The position numbers and the translations under genes are program-made. The notes under the pieces are model-generated. The model had not been told where the DNA came from. It made no database searches and saw only the letters and a program-made list of their open reading frames with translations. Shown here one piece after another: positions 23,093 through 34,549 of a stretch of DNA of 52,164 nucleotides. The stretch is taken from NCBI GenBank assembly GCA_011109175.1, contig RDEW01000039.1, positions 540,053 to 592,216 on the forward strand, given 5' to 3'. This stretch comes from Dicyema japonicum. Its lineage: Eukaryota > Animalia > Dicyemida. How positions within the stretch are numbered: the first letter of the stretch is position 1; each line of letters begins with the position of its first letter.

Positions 23093-24392
23093 TTATTTGC
23101 TCATTTTATTCCATTTATTTTTTGTTAATTTTAAAGAGACCTATAAATAAAATAACTATTACAGTAGCGATTCCTGCCTTTCTTTCACAATCTTGACATT
23201 GTTTTGTCTTTTCTTTAAGTTCTTTAGTTAATTTAACATAATCCATTATATCAGGAACGATATATTCTTCTAATTTATTCGTCATTTTTTCATTGAGTGT
23301 TTCAGCATTATTTTTTTCCTTTCAAAAAGTAATAAAGGCCACCTTTATTGTCTCTGTGATTTCATGTTGCACTTTATTTATGATTTCTTGTTTCTGTGCA
23401 ATTTGTTTCTCTAAATTTTGATATTCGTCTGCAGCTATTTTTAATTTTTTCTAAATTATTCAAAACTTAATTACTCTGTAATTATTGAGATTGTGTAAAG
23501 TTTTTCCACTTAGAACTTTGAGATATAAAAGATCTTGATTTTTTTCATCGATTTTATTTAAAAATTGAGAATTTTCAATTTTTAATTGCAAAAAGTCAAC
23601 TTCTTGTAGAACTTCACCAGTTTCTTCTTTCTAATTTTATACTAATTTTTCGACCTGTCGCAGTTGTATTAAGAGTTTGTTACATTGACTTTTAGCAGAC
23701 GATTTTTTTAATTTTATTTTATCTATTAAAGTAGACTTGATTTTATTTATGATATGAAAACCTTATTTTTTATTACAGAATTGAAATATTTTATTATTTT
23801 TTCTGCTGTTAATTTTTGAATTTTTCCATTAACATTTACTTCATTTGCAGTTTTTTCCAGTGACGTGTTTTCAGCCTCTAATTCCCAGTCGTACTTCGCT
23901 TGCTTTTATGTTTGTCTAAATTAAAGATTAAAAATATGTACGAAATGTTTTGTAGAGTATTTCTAAATTTCTTCCGGTTTTTCTTAACATTGGAAAAAAC
24001 ATTGTCAAATTCTGCCAAAGAAATTTCATATTTTTGTTCAGTAGTCAATCGATTAAGTCTCTCTAATGTACTGCTTCTTGATTTTGAACGCCTTTTTAAG
24101 CTTCCCTTCAAGGACAATGAGTCACTCTTATCTGCGTTTTTATCACTTCCTTCTACTCCTTTCTCTTCATTACTAGTCCAATGAAGTTCTTTATTAGTTA
24201 TTTTTGTTAAATAGCGTTCAAACATGTCTAATTCGGTTTCCAAATATTTATTATTTTCCCTTTAAATTAAAAATTAAATCACTTTAAGGTTTCAATTTCT
24301 TCTTCTAATTTCTCTATAGAGCATTGCTCAACATTTATGTCACTCTCGGTATCTTTGTACGTCGAATTACTCCTCACTTCTGAACTAGACAT
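23093..24392 (-). CDS. CCDC113: Coiled-coil domain-containing protein 113 (CFAP263); 7 micro-introns (22-26 nt)
   Basis: ETELDMFERYL...KRRSKSRS...LTTEQKYEI...KEETGEVLQEVDFLQLKIENSQFLNKIDEKNQDL...YIVPDIMDYVK...ERKAGIA (DUF4201 signature VDFxQLKIEN). Local frame problem at about 23885-23945. Confidence 0.93.
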
Positions 24393-24619
24393 TGCCAAGC
24401 AACTTAAATAAATTTCATAGCATTTAAAAAATAAATTAATAATTACGAATTTAAAGTTTAATCAAGTAATCTTGTCAATTAAAAAATTATTTTTACATAA
24501 AAACAGTTATATTTGGGAAACATTATTTATTAACAGAAGTTAAAAACAAGCAAAAATATCTTTCAATTATGTTTGGTTTCTCAAAAATCGAAAACGCATT
24601 TCTACTCACGATTTGTGTT

Positions 24620-25260
24620 TAAAGTGCCAGATCCTTTCTCTCTAAACCCTTTTTTTTTTCGCGATAAGCAATTCAATGTGGCTCAGCAGGATTAGTGGTT
24701 CCAATGACTTTTGATGTTTCGACGACGATTAGTTCAAAAATGAAATGTCCACCGAGACTTTTGTATCAAATTTTTAAAGGGTTTCGGCTTTTTCTTAGGC
24801 TGATTCTGGGTGAGTTGCCATCAGTGCAAAGTTGACGGAGAGACCATCCACACAGGTTGCGTCCCATGCGAGGAATCTATCACTTTCCCATGGGAAAAGA
24901 GTTATCTAGTCGGGTCTTTTGTTGTTGAGTTCTGTCGGATGAAGTCAAATAAATCCGGAGTCCAAGGCTTCCAGTCCCCACGTAATAACTCAGTTGATTT
25001 TGACACCTTCAAGCACTCCTCCGACCGGAGAAAGTATGAAGACCCTTCATGTCGACCGTCTTTCTGCATCTACAACGGTGGGCCACAAAAACATCTAACC
25101 TGAGACGGACGCAGACCATCTATTCTTGTCTAACTGTCATCCAATAGTGTCCCAAGAGAAGTGCATGGTATAGCTCTGAGCTAGCGGCCTTTATTTTGTC
25201 GATGCAGAAGCAGGTATGCAAAAAATGGTCAAGTTCTGAATTTATTCCATCAATAGTTTT
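24620..25260 (-). mobile_element. Decayed CRE 3' part
   Basis: KRPD*ITLFPWESDRFLAWDATCVD, the CRE-type RLE motif. Confidence 0.75.
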
Positions 25261-25559
25261 GGAACATAACATTTCGTCCCAGTCTCGTTGTTTTTTTAAC
25301 GTTTTTTGGTATCATACGATCACCATATCTGGCGTATGAGACCGGTAGAAGTGTTAGCTCAGAGAGCGATTTTAAACACCAGTGCTTGGCTGAAGTCATC
25401 CACTATAATAGAAACGTCAATGAATTCGCATTTGGTTAGTAAGGACCTTCAGTGAATATTAGAGTGTTCCCCAAATCGAAGGAGTAACAAAAGTAAAGTC
25501 TTTAATGTGGCTCGGACGTAGGCCATCAAGGCCAACACTACTGCTTCCTGGAAATAATT

Positions 25560-25700
25560 AAATAAATCGATGTCGATCGAAGATAAACTTGACATGCGCT
25601 GATTTGACATCGAAGATCTCAAATATGTTTGTATCTGTTTTAACTTTGAAAAAGAACGTTCACAGCTACCCATTGATTAGTCAAAATCTTCAACGCTGTC
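25560..25700 (-). mobile_element. hAT dimerisation-domain fragment
   Basis: SCERSFSKLKQIQTYLRSSMSNQRMSSL. Confidence 0.8.
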
Positions 25701-26112
25701 AATAGAACACGCAGATCACTAGCAGTTGATCTTGTTTATGATGAAAAAACATAGAGAAAAAGTGTATAGCTAAATAACGTGAACTTTATGAGTTGGATCT
25801 GCTTCCCCCTACAGCATGCTTGGACTGGTTGCCCTGACAGTAACAGAAGTAATTAGGTGATTCCGATTTCCCCTATCCTCCATGCCATTTTCATTCCGTC
25901 ATATCGAAAAACCCAGCTGCTCTCTTTAGCATCTGCGCTTGTGTCAACGCAGGAAGTCGACGTGTGATATGAATGAATATAATTGATTCTCTGTCTCTTA
26001 ACAGAACTGGAGGATCTGCAGCTATAAACATTAATTTTACAATATAATTTATTTTTAAATTTTATTATTTTAAATAAAATTATATTTTATATTTGAATCA
26101 TGTGGTATAGTA

Positions 26113-27439
26113 ATGGCAAATATTAAAGAAACACTTCAAACTTTTTGCAGAATTCTAAATAATGCAGGCTTTATAAAATTAACACCAGAGGATTTTAGAA
26201 GAGCCAAATTTGGTAACGATGATGAAATTCTGGTGAATTAAATAATTGAATATTCTAGAGAAATTCATTGTGGACTTTGCTTATTCAAATATTTTTATTC
26301 CACCAAAATCGTAGTTTTCCAAAAATTTTATTGGATTTTGAAGAAAAAGGTCTTTTTATAATAAATTTCAGAAAAGTATTTGAAAATGATCAAAATATAT
26401 TTTAATATGAATCAAATAACTACTTTTAATAATTTCACAGTTGAAATTTCAAGTTCCAACTTACTTGTGATGATCGGGGCACTAATGATTAATCAAAAGT
26501 TTATGGAAAATATTTCCCTTTCTTTCATAAATTCTACATTAAGTCTATCATCACAGAAGTTTCAAAATAATGAAGAAATCTTAAATGAAAATTTAATATC
26601 CGTTAATGACCACGTCGACTCGATTATTTTTCCCTAAGGAAGGCCAATTTGAAAATTCGTAATTTGGCAAATTCACGACGTTGTGTCATAAAGAGTCTTC
26701 ATAAGTTGTCTTCACTTTGTTCAAGTAAACTTTTTAATTCGGAATATGTTCCACGTGGGGATGGATCTAATGAAAATGTTTTAAAGCAAAAATCCGCGAA
26801 ATTTGATAAAAATTTTTATTCAGTTATGAATTATTTGTCCGGAATACTTTCAAGGTATAAATTTCACTTATTTAGGAAAATTTGGAAGTTAATAGTCAAA
26901 TTATTGAGGATTTAACTTTCTGGTATACAAAGGGAGAGAAAATATTTTGGAAATGGATGGAAAGTGTCTTGGAATTTTTTATTTCTAACAAAAATGGCAA
27001 CGTTGAGCAAGATAATGATCATATAGAAGAGTTGGCTCTTCAGGTTTCCTCAGAAAAATTGTTGAGTCTTGCTAAGTTTTGTTTAGCTTTTTCTTCCTAC
27101 CAAGTTTTTCTTTATCAGTTATGTAGACTGGACTCGATAAGGTGATTAACGTGAATGTCTCTTCTAAAAAATCTGAATTTTTTGGAATTTCTAATAATTT
27201 TTCTATGCCTTTGTTTTTTGAAACTAATTTGAATTTGCCCTTCAGTAAAATGGTTAAATTTTATTTTATTTCAGAATTTGAATGGAATTGAAGATACTAA
27301 CAGAACAAGTGAAGAATCAAAAAATAAATTTGAGAGGATAGATAAACTTTTTGATGATGCTTTAAATAAGATTGTCAATTCAGCATTCCCAAAATTGAAT
27401 GAATCAGCTTATATAATGACAAAATCATTTCCTACTTAA
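26113..27439 (+). CDS. TEDC1: Tubulin epsilon and delta complex protein 1; about 5 micro-introns
   Basis: LTPEDFRRAKFG...SLWTLL and EKIFWKWMESVL match TEDC1/C14orf80 motifs (PEIFRRAKFD..ALWQLL; FWRWMDTVL). At least two apparent 1-nt frameshifts; the one at about 26630 is restored by the extra G in the duplicate at about 16120. Confidence 0.85.
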
Positions 27440-27689
27440 TAATTTAAACTTTAATTAACTTTGTAAAAATATTATAATTTAAAAATGATTCAATTGCTAA
27501 CAGAATCACTGTTTTTTGAGAATTAATTATCACTATTGTGAAGAACGATATATTTTTACGAACATAAATCTACGACCCTCAGATCTCGGACTTAAACTTA
27601 CTACAATTAATTTTCAGCATTCCCACTTTTTTGGATTATTTTGGTAAATTTTTAAATTACTTTACGAAGATCCTGCCCTATGACCCCAA

Positions 27690-28200
27690 ATTATTCTGTT
27701 TTTCTGTATTGAAGAACTTATTTATATGTGGCGACCTCAATGAGAGACACATTTTTTGGTTAAATTTAAAGTCCCCTGATGAAAGAGGCGACCTCATCAC
27801 AAGTTGTCCTAATAATATGATCGCCTTGAATGACCTTAAAATTTTTACTAGAATCTCATTAAGGAGTACTGATTGGTGCATGTCTCCTGATCTAACAATA
27901 TATTGCACTACATTAACAGGAATTGATTCGTGGAGTGTGAATTATCATTTTTTCGCGACCACAACCCAATGCATTTAATTTAAGAGGATCTGAATGGGGT
28001 CTCGTTCATCATCTGAAGTCAAGAGATTCAAGAACTATAGGAATGCAAATAAATTTGGTTTCAGTAATTCGTTGAGAAAGAATAGGCCACATGACTCTCA
28101 TCACAAATGCATTCGATTGATTAGGCCACGAAAATTATCAGTACGGTTACTCAAAAGAATGACAATGTGCTTATTGCAATCACTTCTGTGAGAAAAGAAA
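27690..28200 (+). mobile_element. LINE APE endonuclease fragment
   Basis: FICGDLNERHIFW...DERGDLI...IALND...SPDLTI. Confidence 0.7.
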
Positions 28201-29038
28201 ACACACTTGAGGGAATCAAAATTATTTATTACAAAGAGCCTGCAAGTGTTTTGAGTCGGTTAATAAGGAGACTAATTAATTTAATTTATTATCGCCGGAA
28301 CCACAAGAAAAGGAAGATTTATCGTCTAAATTAAATTCACTCAGATAGACCACCCTCAACGTCTTTTACATCCTATTTATTCTGAAACACGAGCTCTTAT
28401 TCAAACGGGAAATAAACTAAGCAAAGTTAAAAGACGCTCAGTTGATGTCGGTGAAAAGATATCAAAACTAAATAAAGAAAACATGTGTCCTGACCATATA
28501 ATGAGGCCTCCACTTTTTTAATGATAAATGTCTCGTCTGAAAACTGAGAATCCGGGTTTAGTTTGAAACTAATTGGCTGTCGTGGGTTTAGTTTCGTCTG
28601 GTAAAAAAGAACTACATCTATTGAATGTCTAAAGTGAAAGCATTGTAATTCGGTAATTCTTGTTGAATTTCATTTATGTTAACTTTCATTATGATTAAGG
28701 CTGATCCGTGATTTTTTCGACGTCTCCATATGAAAGCAAAATACGGCAAACCCTTGATCCATGGTTGCGGAATAAAGAACTTTCTATACTTTTTCATCAT
28801 TTTGAAGTGGACAATGGAACCACTTAGTTAGTCACAAGACATTTTTTAGTCAACTTTGATAAAATTGTCAACTTTGAGGATACCAATAAAAAAAAGACCT
28901 AAGTAAATAAAACAGAGTATATAAATTCATTTTAGTTAATTTTTAAAATTAAATAAAAATAAAATGAATTATATTATTCAAACAAAATTATTCAGTTTTT
29001 CATTATTTTAGGTTAATTAGTATTCATAATTCATATTA

Positions 29039-30732
29039 ATGTTGAAAATGTATTGTAATTATAATTTCAGTTTAATTTGCGGGGAAGTTGACGGTGAATT
29101 CGAACGTTTATTTGAGAAAATCAACAAAATCAATGCCAAGTCTAATATGATGTATTAAAATTAATTATCATAGCTTCTCATTTGTGTAGGAACTTTTTTA
29201 GCGATTATAAATCGTTAAATACATTTGACACCAGTTTAGGTTTCATTATAACAAAATTCAGTTAATATTGATACGTATATTTTCTGTCCTCAGGAACCAC
29301 CGATTCCCTTCGATTCACCAAAATCAAATACTTTCGAAAATCACAAGTTTTTGATCTTCCTAATGGAGTGGTCCTCGCTTACAAAGAAGAGACGACAAAT
29401 TTTCCTGGAAAAGATATTGATATTCTCATCACTCCAAAATTGCCTTATGGCGTGTTAAATATGTCGAGGATTCTGATGAAGTTAGGGTAATTATTTTAAC
29501 AATTGTAAGAACAATAATTTACATCTTTACGTCGACTTTGGTTGTCGTGATGCTGCCAGAGCTGTCCGCATGTTGAAGCCTAGGTACCATTTCTCATTGA
29601 CTGAGAGATGTTCGTATGAAAGGCCACCTTTTAGGTTAAATATTATTTCATTTTTTCAGAATTGTCAATTCAATGGGAACTGAGTTGCTATCTCATTTTA
29701 TATCATTGACCAAAGTGGGAAATTTTAATTTTAAGGTATCCCATGATTTTAACTGTTTAGTGGTTATACGCCTTATCGATTAAACCGGTCAACCTCTCTA
29801 GTCCAGATGAACTATTTCCCGCTGTCGATTATACTGAGAATCCTTATATTGAACAGTTTAAAAATGACCCAACTGATGACAAAAAGTCAACAATGAAGTC
29901 ACATAACAATCCGCACTTTTTTTCGGAACAACTTGGCATATTCGAAGAATCATCCCAAAGTGCATCTGTGTGTCAATTTAGGTACCGAGATCGAATGTAT
30001 GTTTTGTCCTAGGTCTTCAAACATGGAAAAACATCTCATCATAGACGTATTTGATCGCGTATCTTCAATTATTAACTACTAGTGCTACCTGTCATTAGCT
30101 AAAGGCGGCATTGATCTTTATCACGTTGTAATCTCACCAATTGACCACATACAATCATTCGTTTGTTTGGACTCTGAAACAAAATGATTTCAATAGGTTC
30201 CTTGATTTATCATTGTAGATTTAAATATCTGATCGGCCGATTTTATGCTCAATTTGAACGAGTTCCGTTTATTTTTGAATGTAATTTCCACAATCATCAC
30301 CTCCAATTGCAAGTTTTGCCAGTCTTATTTTAGGTTGTCGCGATTCCAGTCAACTTGGTTGATTTTATTGTCGAGACTTTGCATTCTTATGCTCGTAATC
30401 TTTTTGGTGGTATCCGAGTTGTCTTCTATGGATGACCTCCTTGAAGTTTGGATGATTTCATAAAATTTAGGTTGCCGGTTCTAATCAGCCGTATTTTTAT
30501 GCGGAGATTGGCACCGTAGGAAGGTACTTTATTTCATTGAACAATGTTAATAGCTTTCCTAGTAATTTTGGAAGGTACTCTCTTATGGTTTTTGTAGGGA
30601 AATTGTATGTGATGTACTTAGATGTGGTAATCAGATAAATTGGAGAGTCTGCATTCTTGAGGAGGGCTGAATGAAAAAGGCTAATGTTGAGAGTTTAGAA
30701 AATCGCTCAGACATTTTAGTTTGGTTAAATAA
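29039..30732 (+). CDS. CWF19L1: CWF19-like protein 1 (Drn1), copy 1; about 12 micro-introns; several frameshifts (pseudogene or consensus errors)
   Basis: MLKILICGEVDGEFERLFEKI..., DIDILITP, LKPRYHF...YERPPFR, TENPY, CMFC...EKHLII, LAKGG, HHLQLQV, PYFYAE, FPSNFGRE. Confidence 0.85.
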
Positions 30733-31339
30733 ATTTAATTTCTTTAATGTCGATTATAGGTAAATAAATTATACTCCTTCATTAATAATCACTAATTTTC
30801 TTGCTCTTCATAAAAGACGATACTTTTCAAGGTTCTATTGATTCAGATAGGATTCAAGTTAGAATCATTTGTGCTTCCGGCACTTATTAATAAATTATAA
30901 AAATAAAAAAAAGCTCAAGTATTGTAACGTTTAATTTATTGTAACCTATTGGCATGAGAAATTCAGATATAATCCTAAATTAAAACAAAAAAGACCATTA
31001 GTCAACAATTATCCAGAGGAGTTCTCTTGGACGACATTCCTTCACTCCGACTGAATTTTTTCATTCTGGCTATGACGGTGGTTTTCTGGTTCAATACAAT
31101 TAATTTAACGATGTGCCTATGCCAATGGTCTCAAATGAATAAAATGAACTTTTTTCCAAAATTTATTCCATTTTGAGTAATCATATTCTTCACAACCTTA
31201 AAATCAATATCGCTTGGTATACTGGTCTACTAGGACCAATGATATGTCTCGACTGCTACCTAATTTTGAAAAATTGGTGTAATCGTTTATTAAAAATCTA
31301 AAAACGTTTTTAGGGAAATTTATTTTGTTTTTTTGTAAA

Positions 31340-31900
31340 AAGATATTTATTTACCCTTGGTCCCTTCAAATGAAGAATATCGGTTCCTAAAGTCACAACT
31401 AAGAGCTGAGACTGCAGTTGTATTTGATGCATCGCATAACTCGAAAGCGGATCCTGACAAGAGAAAAGGTGGCCTTCTCTGGTTGTTTAAAAAGTGAAAG
31501 GAGCAAAACGAGGACGTAGATTCTCCGATTCTGTGCAAATAAGAATGTAAATCCATATGATGACCACAGAGGATTTGTTCCAAGTGGACACGAACTTGAC
31601 GCTGTATGGAAGCTTTGTTTCCGTCAATGTTTGATGGAAGACGTCCCAGGAGCCTGTTGATACAATAACTTCAGATGGCATTAGTAGAAACTCAATAGTG
31701 GATCATTTTAAAGCTCAACTGAGTGGGTTCAATCTCTGGGATTGTTCGAAAATGCAAACTTTGTAACGAGGGTAGCCCGATTCTCCTTTTGTTTGTGGAA
31801 AGCCAAAGCCAGTGAGTCGGATGGCCTAGTGCTTTCAGTTTAGGTGGTTTTTAAACAGCAGGTAATTATACTTAGAGCGGAGTTTCAAGTCATTTGTATA
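31340..31900 (-). mobile_element. LINE C-terminal zinc-knuckle fragment, duplicated together with CWF19L1
   Basis: LCGHHMDLHSYLHRIGESTSSFCSF (GH..L.SYLHRI....S..C..C). Paralogous copy at 51630-52164. Confidence 0.7.
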
Positions 31901-31974
31901 TTTCAAGGTTTGTCATTAATAAACAGGGACCCTAAACAGGAACACCATGGTTCATCGTTGTTTTGATAATTTTT

Positions 31975-33860
31975 TTTAAATTCAAATAATTTATTAAAGA
32001 AAAAAATGAGAAAATGGTTAATATAGCGGCCGCCCTGACGTCGCTATTCCCTATAAGGATGGTGAGCAAGATTCGTTCAAATAACCAGCAGCGCTCATGG
32101 GGTTTTCCTGATCGTGTAGAAACCCGATTTCCTAGACGACTAAGAATTCCAGTGTTGCAAGGGAACCAGACGTCTCAACTGCGTGTAGAACGAACAAAAT
32201 CATTGGGTAGGACCGTGTACTTTGCCAGTTTCAACCTCTCGGTCTTCTCAGCGGTAGAACAAAGGCACTCTGGAGTAGGTTGCAAGAGGCAAATGTGTCG
32301 GTGTAGGTAACGTCCCAGACAAGAGGTTTCCCGATTTTAAAAGGGAAAGTTGTCATCCCATCTGGTCGTTTTCCGTCACGCTTGTAAAAACCGACTGGTT
32401 CGAGCATGGAGGAGTGTCCGGCTGCGTCCAAAGCTGGCCTAATGACTTTGTTTAAGGCCATGTGTCAGGGAAATCTGGCTGCACTATTCCTACAGGAGAA
32501 AGGTTGTAGGCCAATACAGTCGTTCTGGTCTCCACATTGGCACGGATGTGGAACACAGACTTTTAATCCCAGTCGTAATTAGATCCCAATACAAAAGCAT
32601 TCATCATCCACAAAGGTACCCAAAACTCACGGCGATGTTCGCTAGATGAGACTAGCAAACCTTCAAAAAAATTCGGGCATATAGCATCGTCCAGGCCCCG
32701 CTGAAAAACGCTGAACAAGGAAAGCTGATAAGTACAGCTCTAGACCTTACGAGCATAGCCAACGTCCTGGTCAATAGCGAATTCAGGGAGGGAGTGTAGA
32801 ATCCTCTTAACAAGGGTGTTACAGGCCATTAGCGATGAGAGATATGTAGGGAGACAAACGTCTACAGGGTTGCAAATTCCAAGCCCTTTGAGTCTAACTG
32901 GCACCGTGGCTTGCTTCCATAAGTAATCCTCGAACCGGACGTTGAAGATACCATTTCAAACGGAAGATCCCTTTAATTTGTGTGAGTTGGTCACACTGTG
33001 TGAAACAAGGAGCAGTCCTCGGGACCTATGCAAGTCTCTGTACGTTGAGACTGTTTTTCAGGAGGAATAATGAAGTATGCAGGTTAATAGACACAAGCGG
33101 TCGAGTCTCTCCGAGTAACAGTTGTTTTTTACGTATATCTCTCCCCATTGCATTTGTGGTGATTGGGGATCCGAGGAATATAAAATCTTTGTCGGGTGAA
33201 AATTTATTTATTTTATTTATTTGACTCCAAGACCACCAAGAAAAATAGGTCAAAACTAACTAATTAGGTGATCCCAGCCTCCAACAACATCCGAACTCTC
33301 TTCGCCTGGTTTTTTGATGACCCAAACGCATTCCATAAGCGTCTTCTCTTCCTTCTGCATATGAATTCAATCGGCGTGCACTTTTTTATAATCGACCGAA
33401 TTTCCTCTGCATGGGCCACCTTTTCCTTGAATGAGTTTCCCAGTTCCTTGCAAAAGCGTAGGAAACACTGGCCATTCTTCAACGTCGCCTCACCAGAGCC
33501 GAGGCCGCCAATGGAGATGTCAGTGAAGTTCATAATTTTCCGCCTGAGAGAGTTCAAGCGATCAATTCTCGAAGAGGGAATGGCAAATCTCCAGGCGGAG
33601 CAGGCATATTCAATAGCAGGAACAATGACTTGTTGGTAGACCTTGCTGATGCAAGCATCAGGGAAAAAGGGGCTCTTCTTTATGATCGCTTTTAAAATGT
33701 TTCAGAATAAACGGATTAGCGTGGCGGCATGCGGTTCACCTATTGTTGTTGTGGCACCCGGTGCAAGTTTTGCATGAAAAAAAACCGTTTGAACTTCTCC
33801 ACCACTCTACGTCTTTTAGAAGAGTGGCCTACCAATTTTGTCGGGTGTGCAAATGCTTTC
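31975..33860 (-). mobile_element. CRE-clade non-LTR retrotransposon, decayed, with a nested LINE fragment
   Basis: FLGSPI; QATVPVRLKGLGI; ALNKVIRPALDAAGHSSMLEPVG...DGKRPDGMTTFPFKIGKPLVWDVTYTDT. Confidence 0.85.
33203..33690 (-). mobile_element. I/Jockey-like LINE 3' end nested in the CRE element
   Basis: YQQVIVPAIEYACSAW thumb motif; ORF ends ...LLEAGIT*; short 3' UTR and (TAAA)n tail at about 33203-33222. Homologue at 48350-48630. Confidence 0.7.
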
Positions 33861-33930
33861 AGGTAGTAAATTATTATTATCCCAAGAACACCAATAGTTA
33901 ATTACTAAATTCATTAAGTGATCTCAAAGG

Positions 33931-34545
33931 CGGTTCACGGCTAATTCGTCTAAAACAATTCGTCTAATTAACAATTCGACCAAAATCGTCATGTTTGTCT
34001 AATAACAATTCGCCTAATTTGCACGTTCGATCTATTTAAATCCAAAGTTTATCTCATTTTTTACGGAAATTACCAATTAAGACCTACTTAATTAACCTAA
34101 ATGCGTAAAAGTATTATTTATAACTGTAAAATTAGATATTTTATTACATTTTAAAATGATCCCTCAGTTCATTGAATATGAAAAAGGTCAAAAAAATTAA
34201 TTCTTAACGAATATACTTATTACAAAAAAAACAAGAATAAAAATGTAGTATGGAAATTATCGAGTGTCTAAAAAAACAAAATTTGAATGAATCATTATTC
34301 GAACAATTTGTAGCTGAAGAGAAGTACAATCCCCAAAAAGTGTTTTCGCGAAAGTGCTTCACGAATAAAAAGAATTGTTGAAAATTTTAGATTTGACAAT
34401 ATAAAAGAACATCTAAGAAGAATAGGTCACAATATTTCTTCTTAAATATCTTGAATAAAATGATTTAATTGTTATTAGACAAACATGACAATTTAGACGA
34501 ATTGTTTTAAATAAATTTTCTTTAGATGAATTTTCTGGTTAGGTC
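33931..34545. mobile_element. Internally deleted MULE-like (or similar TIR) DNA element
   Basis: Long imperfect inverted ends built from AACAATTCGTCTAA units (CATGTTTGTCTAATAACAATT at left, AATTGTTATTAGACAAACATG at right). Superfamily is inferred. Confidence 0.6.
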
Positions 34546-34549
34546 TCTA

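Noticed and set aside
23900-23915. In-frame TAA in spliced CCDC113 suggesting stop-codon reassignment
   Set aside because: TAA and TGA end the other genes at the expected positions, and other apparent stops lie inside micro-introns. The adjacent frame (TNIKASEVRL) fits CCDC113 better, implying two compensating indels.
26613-26640. Micro-intron GTCGAC...CCCTAAG in TEDC1
   Set aside because: Splicing does not restore the frame, whereas the extra G in the duplicate fragment does, so this is coding sequence.
28618-28800. Divergent partner gene upstream of each CWF19L1 copy
   Set aside because: The frame is not conserved among the three copies, and in copy 2 the segment continues into a LINE; it is best read as LINE linker sequence.
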